DNA of 52,461 nucleotides from Oscillospiraceae bacterium (GTDB lineage Bacteria; Bacillota; Clostridia; Oscillospirales; Oscillospiraceae): NCBI GenBank assembly GCA_020860545.1, contig JAJBUC010000094.1, positions 1 to 52,461 of the forward strand, read 5' to 3'. Shown piece by piece: positions 49,342 to 52,461 of this stretch (position 1 is its first letter; each line of letters starts with the position of its first letter). The notes under the pieces were generated by a model. It saw only the letters and a program-made list of their open reading frames with translations, ran no database searches and was not told where the DNA came from. The position numbers and the translations under genes were made by a program.

Positions 49342-49372
49342 AAGGGGAAACGGGAAACGCCCCTTGTTTTTT
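49342..49372 (+). terminator. Terminator-like hairpin in the rny leader
   Basis: AAGGGG-aaacgggaaacg-CCCCTT is followed by GTTTTTT. It lies about 65 nt after the predicted TSS and 41 nt before the rny ATG. Confidence 0.45.
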
Positions 49373-49413
49373 ACGAAAAATCAGAAAAGGAAATTGGAGG
49401 TGTTACTAATATA

Positions 49414-50952
49414 ATGTGGTGGCTGAGCATTCCCATTGGCATCATTGCCCTTATTATAGGCGTATTAGTCGGAATACAGTATAGAAAACGCGTTGCGGAA
49501 AAAGAGATTTCAAGTGCAGAGGAGGAAGCAAAGCGCATTATCAACGATGCCATCAAGAGCGCGGAGAGTAAAAAACGCGAAGCGCTGGTGGAGAGCAAGG
49601 AAGAAATATTGCAGGCGCGCGCCGAGTATGAAAAAGAGGTGAAGGAGCGCCGCGCAGAGGTACAAAGGCAGGAAAACCGGCTCCAGCAGAAGGAGGAGAC
49701 TCTGGATCGCAAACTCGAAAGCGTGGAGAAGAAAGAGGAGCAGGTGCAGAAAAAGACCGCCGCGCTCGAAGAGGAACGGGCGCAGGTGCTGCGCATTCAG
49801 GAGGAGCAGACAGCAACGCTTGAGCGCATCTCCGGCCTGACGGTGGAGGAAGCGAAGCATTATCTTATCTCTGAGCTGGAAGCCGAGGTGACGCATGAGT
49901 CGGCGATGAAGGTGCGCGAAATTGAGGCGCAGTATAAAGAAGAGGCCGACACGAAGGCGAGAGAAATTATCTCGCTTGCCATCCAGCGCTGTGCGGCGGA
50001 TCATGTGGCGGAGGCGACCGTGTCGGTTGTCCCACTGCCGAATGATGAGATGAAGGGCCGGATTATCGGGCGGGAGGGGCGCAACATCCGCACCCTTGAG
50101 ACCATGACGGGCGTGGATTTGATCATTGACGACACGCCGGAGGCGATCACGGTTTCCTGCTTCGACCCCGTGCGGCGTGAGATTGCCCGCCTTGCGCTGG
50201 AAAAGCTCATTCAGGACGGGCGGATTCATCCCGCGCGCATTGAAGAGATGGTGGAAAAGGCCAAGCGTGAGGTGGACGCGACGATCAAGGCCGAGGGTGA
50301 CCGCGCGGTCTTTGACACCAACGTGCACGGGCTGCATCCGGAAGTGATTAAATTGCTCGGACGACAGCATTACCGTACAAGCTACGGGCAAAATGTGCTC
50401 AACCATTCTATTGAGGTATCGCACCTTGCAGGCCTGATTGCCGCGGAGATCGGTGCCGATGTCGCGCAAGCCAAGCGCGCTGGGCTGCTCCACGATTTGG
50501 GCAAGGCGATCGACCACGAGGTTGAGGGCTCCCATGTACAGATCGGTGTAGAACTGGCCAGAAAGTATCATGAGAGCGAAGAGATTGTGCACGCCATTGA
50601 GGCGCATCATAATGATGTGGAGCCGAGAACGGTTGTTGCGTGCCTCGTCCAGGCGGCCGACGCGATTTCCGCCGCGCGGCCAGGTGCGCGGCGTGAAAAT
50701 CTGGAGAACTATATCAAACGGCTGGAAAAGCTGGAGGAGGTTACCGCCTCCTTCCCCGGCGTCGAAAAATCGTATGCCATTCAGGCGGGGCGGGAAGTGC
50801 GTATCATTGTAGCACCTGATCAGGTGTCGGAGGATCAGATGGTTCTGCTCGCGCGGGATATCACAAAGCGCATTGAGGAGGAGCTCTCCTATCCGGGCCA
50901 GATCAAGGTACATGTGCTGCGCGAGACAAAGGTGATTGAATACGCGAAGTAG
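49414..50952 (+). CDS. rny: Ribonuclease Y, 512 aa
   Basis: It has an N-terminal TM anchor, a coiled-coil region, a KH domain ([12 protein letters not shown]) and an HD domain (LLHDLGKA...HH). Confidence 0.97.
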   Translation: MWWLSIPIGIIALIIGVLVGIQYRKRVAEKEISSAEEEAKRIINDAIKSAESKKREALVESKEEILQARAEYEKEVKERRAEVQRQENRLQQKEETLDRKLESVEKKEEQVQKKTAALEEERAQVLRIQEEQTATLERISGLTVEEAKHYLISELEAEVTHESAMKVREIEAQYKEEADTKAREIISLAIQRCAADHVAEATVSVVPLPNDEMKGRIIGREGRNIRTLETMTGVDLIIDDTPEAITVSCFDPVRREIARLALEKLIQDGRIHPARIEEMVEKAKREVDATIKAEGDRAVFDTNVHGLHPEVIKLLGRQHYRTSYGQNVLNHSIEVSHLAGLIAAEIGADVAQAKRAGLLHDLGKAIDHEVEGSHVQIGVELARKYHESEEIVHAIEAHHNDVEPRTVVACLVQAADAISAARPGARRENLENYIKRLEKLEEVTASFPGVEKSYAIQAGREVRIIVAPDQVSEDQMVLLARDITKRIEEELSYPGQIKVHVLRETKVIEYAK

Positions 50953-50997
50953 GGGAAGCTGCAACCAGGGCCCGCATTGGAAAGGAGCTGATGGTTC

Positions 50998-51453
50998 ATG
51001 AACCCCACGGTTATTTGGGTTATTTTACTGATCATTTTTTGTGTTTTCGAAGGTATGACGGCGGGGCTGGTGTCGATCTGGTTTGCCGCGGGCGCGGCGG
51101 TCGCGCTGATCGCCTCCGGCTTTACCGATAATATCTGGGTACAGATTATTCTCTTTTTGGTGGTTTCCTGTGTGGTGCTGCTGCTATTGCGCCCGATCGT
51201 GCACAAGCGTCTGAGACCGAAACAGGAGGCGACCAACGCCGATCGGGTGATCGGCGAGGAGGGCATTGTCAAGGAGGAAATCTGCAACCTGAAAAATGAG
51301 GGACAGGTGTCCGTCCTGGGCAGTGTGTGGACGGCACGCACGCAGGAGCATGAGCAGGTCATTCCGGTCGGGGCAACCGTCAGGGTACTGCGCATTGAGG
51401 GCGTAAAGCTCATTGTTGCACCCCAACCGGAACAAAGGGAAGGAAAGCGTTAA
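50998..51453 (+). CDS. NfeD-family membrane protein, 151 aa
   Basis: It has N-terminal TM helices and a C-terminal OB-like NfeD domain (GEEGIVKEEI...GQVSVLGSVWTART...GATVRVLRIEGVKLIV). It lies upstream of an SPFH gene. Confidence 0.88.
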   Translation: MNPTVIWVILLIIFCVFEGMTAGLVSIWFAAGAAVALIASGFTDNIWVQIILFLVVSCVVLLLLRPIVHKRLRPKQEATNADRVIGEEGIVKEEICNLKNEGQVSVLGSVWTARTQEHEQVIPVGATVRVLRIEGVKLIVAPQPEQREGKR

Positions 51454-51479
51454 CGTAAATGGAAAATGGAGGTTTTCTT

Positions 51480-52385
51480 ATGCCGGTTATCATTGTGATC
51501 GTGGTCATCATAATTTTATTGATCGTCGTCACCAATATCCGAATTGTACAGCAGTCCAGAGCGTATGTCATTGAGCGGCTCGGCGCGTTTCACAGCGTCT
51601 GGGGCGTTGGCTTCCACTTTAAGATGCCGTTTTTTGAGCGTATTGCCAAGGTTGTATCGCTCAAGGAGCAGGTGGTGGATTTTGCGCCCCAGCCTGTTAT
51701 TACGAAAGACAACGTTACCATGCAGATTGATACCGTAATCTATTTTCAGATTACCGACCCGAAGCTCTATACCTACGGTGTGGAGCATCCCATGAGCGCC
51801 ATTGAAAATCTGACCGCCACGACCCTGCGTAATATCATCGGTGATCTGGAGCTTGATCAGTCCCTGACAAGCCGGGACATTATCAACTCCAAGATGCGGG
51901 CCATTCTGGACGAGGCGACCGACCCGTGGGGGATTAAGGTCAACCGCGTGGAGCTGAAGAATATTATCCCACCGCGCGAAATTCAGGACGCCATGGAAAA
52001 GCAGATGAAGGCCGAGCGTGAACGCCGCGAGGCAATCCTGCAGGCGGAAGGGCAAAAGGCCAGCCAGATTCTGGTGGCGGAAGGCGACAGACAGGCCGCC
52101 ATTCTCCGTGCCGAGGCCGATAAGCAGGCTGCCATTATGCGTGCGGAAGGTGAGGCGGAGGCAATCGTGAAGGTGCAGAACGCCACCGCGGAGGCGATTA
52201 AGCTTCTGAACGTTGCCAACCCGAACGAGCAGGTGATCAAAATCCGCGCGCTCGAGGCATTCCAGACGGCGGCGGACGGCAAGGCGACCAAGATCATTAT
52301 CCCCTCCGAAATTCAGGGGCTTGCCGGTCTGTGCGCGTCCGCCAAGGCGGTTTTCGACGGTACGGAGCCGAAGCAAAAGCAATAA
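51480..52385 (+). CDS. SPFH/band-7 (stomatin/slipin-like) protein, 301 aa
   Basis: VQQSRAYVIERLGAFHSVWGVGFHFKMPF... together with an Ala/Glu-rich coiled coil. I preferred the ATG at 51480, which has GGAGG 7 nt upstream, over the ATG at 51459. Confidence 0.92.
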   Translation: MPVIIVIVVIIILLIVVTNIRIVQQSRAYVIERLGAFHSVWGVGFHFKMPFFERIAKVVSLKEQVVDFAPQPVITKDNVTMQIDTVIYFQITDPKLYTYGVEHPMSAIENLTATTLRNIIGDLELDQSLTSRDIINSKMRAILDEATDPWGIKVNRVELKNIIPPREIQDAMEKQMKAERERREAILQAEGQKASQILVAEGDRQAAILRAEADKQAAIMRAEGEAEAIVKVQNATAEAIKLLNVANPNEQVIKIRALEAFQTAADGKATKIIIPSEIQGLAGLCASAKAVFDGTEPKQKQ

Positions 52386-52398
52386 TTCCCACAAGAAC

Positions 52399-52447
52399 AA
52401 TCAGGGGCTGTTACCGTTGCGTATACAGCCCCTGATTATTTTATTTT
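52399..52447 (+). terminator. Rho-independent terminator of the nfeD-SPFH operon
   Basis: AATCAGGGGCTGT-13 nt-ACAGCCCCTGATT forms a 13-bp stem and is followed by ATTTTATTTT. Confidence 0.85.
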
Positions 52448-52461
52448 ATATTGTATGAAAA

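Noticed and set aside
49510-52400. 484-aa and 294-aa minus-strand ORFs opposite rny and the SPFH gene
   Set aside because: They are mirror ORFs. The plus-strand genes carry unambiguous KH/HD and SPFH motifs.

Overview
This is a chromosomal segment from a GC-rich, spore-forming Firmicute. It looks like Clostridia of the Oscillospiraceae/Ruminococcaceae type, but I cannot name the species from sequence alone. Most of the window is housekeeping:
- a gerA-family germinant-receptor operon (A-C-small D-like-B)
- alaS and rpoB-rpoC
- a nine-gene purine operon (purE-C-F-M-N, IMP cyclohydrolase, AICARFT-only purH, traX, purD)
- ireB, rarA, and T-box-controlled ileS-lspA-rluD
- TPP-riboswitch-controlled thiT plus a Cof-type HAD
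- an ABC-F ATPase, metG, rny, and an nfeD-SPFH pair

Three stretches look accessory or poorly understood:
1. Positions 1 to about 3850 are the AT-richer, integrase-proximal end of an integrated mobile element (XRE, Rep_trans/MobT-like, Xis, Int). It abuts the 3' end of tRNA-Leu(CAG), and its rep leader is GC-rich and full of hairpins.
2. Positions about 45.5-49.1 kb hold a compositionally foreign two-gene cassette between metG and rny. It encodes an 880-aa secreted orphan protein and a translationally coupled 158-aa membrane-anchored partner, behind a riboswitch-like leader that ends in an intrinsic terminator.
3. Positions 34477-34693 form a self-contained micro transcription unit (promoter, SD, terminator) encoding a 20-aa peptide with six cysteines. 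It is divergent from the ileS T-box.

A translationally coupled fused tandem-DUF1538 membrane protein and tandem PII-like protein (30068-32328) is a conserved but functionally uncharacterised pair. Many long ORFs in the track are antisense mirror ORFs typical of GC-rich DNA, and I rejected them. No CRISPR array, rRNA or transposase was seen.
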